Shown here: in pieces, positions 62,421-64,000 of the stretch
Layout of the letters: each line of letters begins with the position of its first letter
Position numbering within the stretch: the stretch's first letter is position 1
Virus record (IMG/VR): IMGVR_UViG_3300044591_001667
Length of the DNA: 64,000 nt
Reading direction: 5' to 3' (one strand)
Source: an uncultured virus (IMG/VR IMGVR_UViG_3300044591_001667)
Lineage: Duplodnaviria; Heunggongvirae; Uroviricota; Caudoviricetes
Notes under the pieces: generated by a model
Databases searched by the model: none
What the model was told of the DNA's origin: nothing
Seen by the model: the letters and a program-made list of their open reading frames with translations, nothing else
Translations under genes and position numbers: made by a program

Positions 62421-64000
62421 TTAGTATTCGACTGCTGCAGCTGTTGCTCCACCAGTAGTATCGCGGAGAGCTGCTGCTACACCGTTGATGCTAATAGATG
62501 AAGTGATTGCAAGACCTTCGATACCGACCTTTGCAACACCTTCGAATGTTTCTACGAACATCTTGTAGTCGTTTGTACCGACTAGAGATGAATCGCGGAT
62601 GATTCCAAGGTCCAAAGTTCCGCCATCTAGGAACAAGAATGTTCCTTCAGCGAATAGGTACCATGTGAAGCTGTCTGCGAACTCAACAAGTGCAGTTGCA
62701 CCCTGAGCGCCGTAGACGTTCTGGTCTAGTGAGAATGAAACAACTACGTTGCGAGCTGCAAGGTAGCCATCAATTTCACCGTATGCATTTAGCAAGCTGT
62801 CACCAGGCATTGATAGAGCAAGATCTGCTGCCATTGCATCCTTAACCCATGAAGGGATAATTACGCGAAGTGGAGCGTCTGACTCTAGACGGTGACGTGA
62901 ACGGTATGCAGCTGCGGCGCGACCAACCTGTACTAGGAAGTCACGACCGAAACCGATTAGTGAAGAAGTTGTAACAGCTGTTGAGCCATCAGCAATCTTC
63001 GCTAGAAGGTTCTGCTCTGCCTCACGTGCGTGCTGAATAAGACCAAGCTCGTTGTGGCGAGCGATCAATTCAGGATATGCACGAGTTGCAAGGTTACCGA
63101 ACTGCATCTGGAGAGTTACAGCATCTGTTGCAACTGTGTTCTCGCCAGCAGCTGTAACAGTCAAGCTAGCCTTTGTTGATGGGTTTGGAGTTGTAGCTGC
63201 ATCGTTAGCAGCAGTCCAAACGCCAACAGCGTTTGCGTAGTCTGAAAGAACAGGTGGGGTAATGAAGCGAATACCACCACGGTCAGCTTGGAAACGAGGA
63301 AGAGCATCACGTACTGGACGTGCTGTTGTTCCGAATCCGAAGATGTCGTAGCGAACTTCAAATGGTGCAACGTGTCCACCAGCAGCTACGATAGCTTCTG
63401 GGGATGTTACATTGTTAATCTTTGCCCAGTTTGATTCAGCATCTGTTGTCAGAGTGCGCTCTTCTGGGAAAGAAGTGGTGATAGATGCAACGATGTGCTG
63501 CTCTCCATCTCCACCGTTGACACGACGTAGGGCGTGGATACGCTTTTCCATTGCTGATGCAACGGCTGTCATGTCCTCAAGAGTGGAACCTGCACTATAG
63601 CCAGGAATGTCAGCACCTGCCGTGATTGCCACGGGAGCGGCTGATACCTGAGCTACAGGACGGCGGTCCACTGGGACCTCTGGTGTGAGGTCGTCTGCGT
63701 TTGCAGCGGCGGTCACGGGTGCCTCCATAGTTTCCTGAACCACTACTGGTTCAATTGTTTGGGTTTCTTGAATTGAAGCTTCTGCTGCGTCTGCAACATC
63801 GGCTGCTGCATCTGCTGCATCATCTGATGCATCATCTGCGGTTGCATCAGAAGCAGTTGCTTCCTCTGCAGCATCTACAGGAGCGTCTGCAGCTGGTGCT
63901 GCTTCCTCTTCTGCTGATGCAATAACTACTGGTGCCTCTGTAGCAACTGGTGCTACTTCAGCTGTCTCGGTTGTTTCAGTTGAGAGCTCGACGGTCTTGT
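62421..64000 (-). CDS. Major capsid (hexamer-type) protein with acidic Ala/Glu N-terminal scaffold-like extension; 5' end lies outside the window
   Basis: Frame is open to the window edge; ITAGADIPG, AIVAAGG..AP....YD, RGGI, LDLGIIRDS and NDYKMFVETFEGVAKVG. Confidence 0.88.
   Translation of the reverse strand, partial: KTVELSTETTETAEVAPVATEAPVVIASAEEEAAPAADAPVDAAEEATASDATADDASDDAADAAADVADAAEASIQETQTIEPVVVQETMEAPVTAAANADDLTPEVPVDRRPVAQVSAAPVAITAGADIPGYSAGSTLEDMTAVASAMEKRIHALRRVNGGDGEQHIVASITTSFPEERTLTTDAESNWAKINNVTSPEAIVAAGGHVAPFEVRYDIFGFGTTARPVRDALPRFQADRGGIRFITPPVLSDYANAVGVWTAANDAATTPNPSTKASLTVTAAGENTVATDAVTLQMQFGNLATRAYPELIARHNELGLIQHAREAEQNLLAKIADGSTAVTTSSLIGFGRDFLVQVGRAAAAYRSRHRLESDAPLRVIIPSWVKDAMAADLALSMPGDSLLNAYGEIDGYLAARNVVVSFSLDQNVYGAQGATALVEFADSFTWYLFAEGTFLFLDGGTLDLGIIRDSSLVGTNDYKMFVETFEGVAKVGIEGLAITSSISINGVAAALRDTTGGATAAAVEY

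Noticed and set aside
63743..64000. Capsid start at GTG 63743 as given in the ORF track
   Set aside because: The frame stays open to the window edge, so the real start is probably upstream.

Overview
This 64 kb window is part of a tailed (siphovirus-type) dsDNA phage genome, most likely infecting a low-GC Actinomycetota host. The host call rests on two WhiB genes, a mycobacteriophage cluster-B-like head/tail order and an AT-biased composition judged by eye. The left end carries a Pro/Glu-repeat membrane protein, a tandem-HTH protein, TerL, a PrimPol-SF3 helicase and a metallophosphoesterase. A ~29 kb plus-strand accessory block (7.7-36.9 kb) encodes seven Thr-rich collagen-like fibre proteins, a beta-propeller, two giant repeat proteins with ALK/LTK-like Gly-rich domains and a subtilisin. 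It ends with a CBM-like protein, a methyltransferase, a GT2-TPR glycosyltransferase and a flavin-dependent halogenase. The minus arm (64.0 to 36.9 kb) runs capsid, second capsid protein, major tail, adaptor, tail chaperones, tape measure, Dit, tail tip, S74 fibre, PolA, RuvC-like, SNF2 helicase, Cas4-like nuclease, Sak4, SSB, a BGT-like protein and two WhiBs. Most notable are a putative collagen-fibre glycosylation and maturation system, a nested ('Russian-doll') domain arm in Dit, and a giant fibre gene apparently split mid-domain. Functions were assigned by motif recognition only; no searches were run. No tRNA, rRNA, CRISPR array, integrase or endolysin was recognised.
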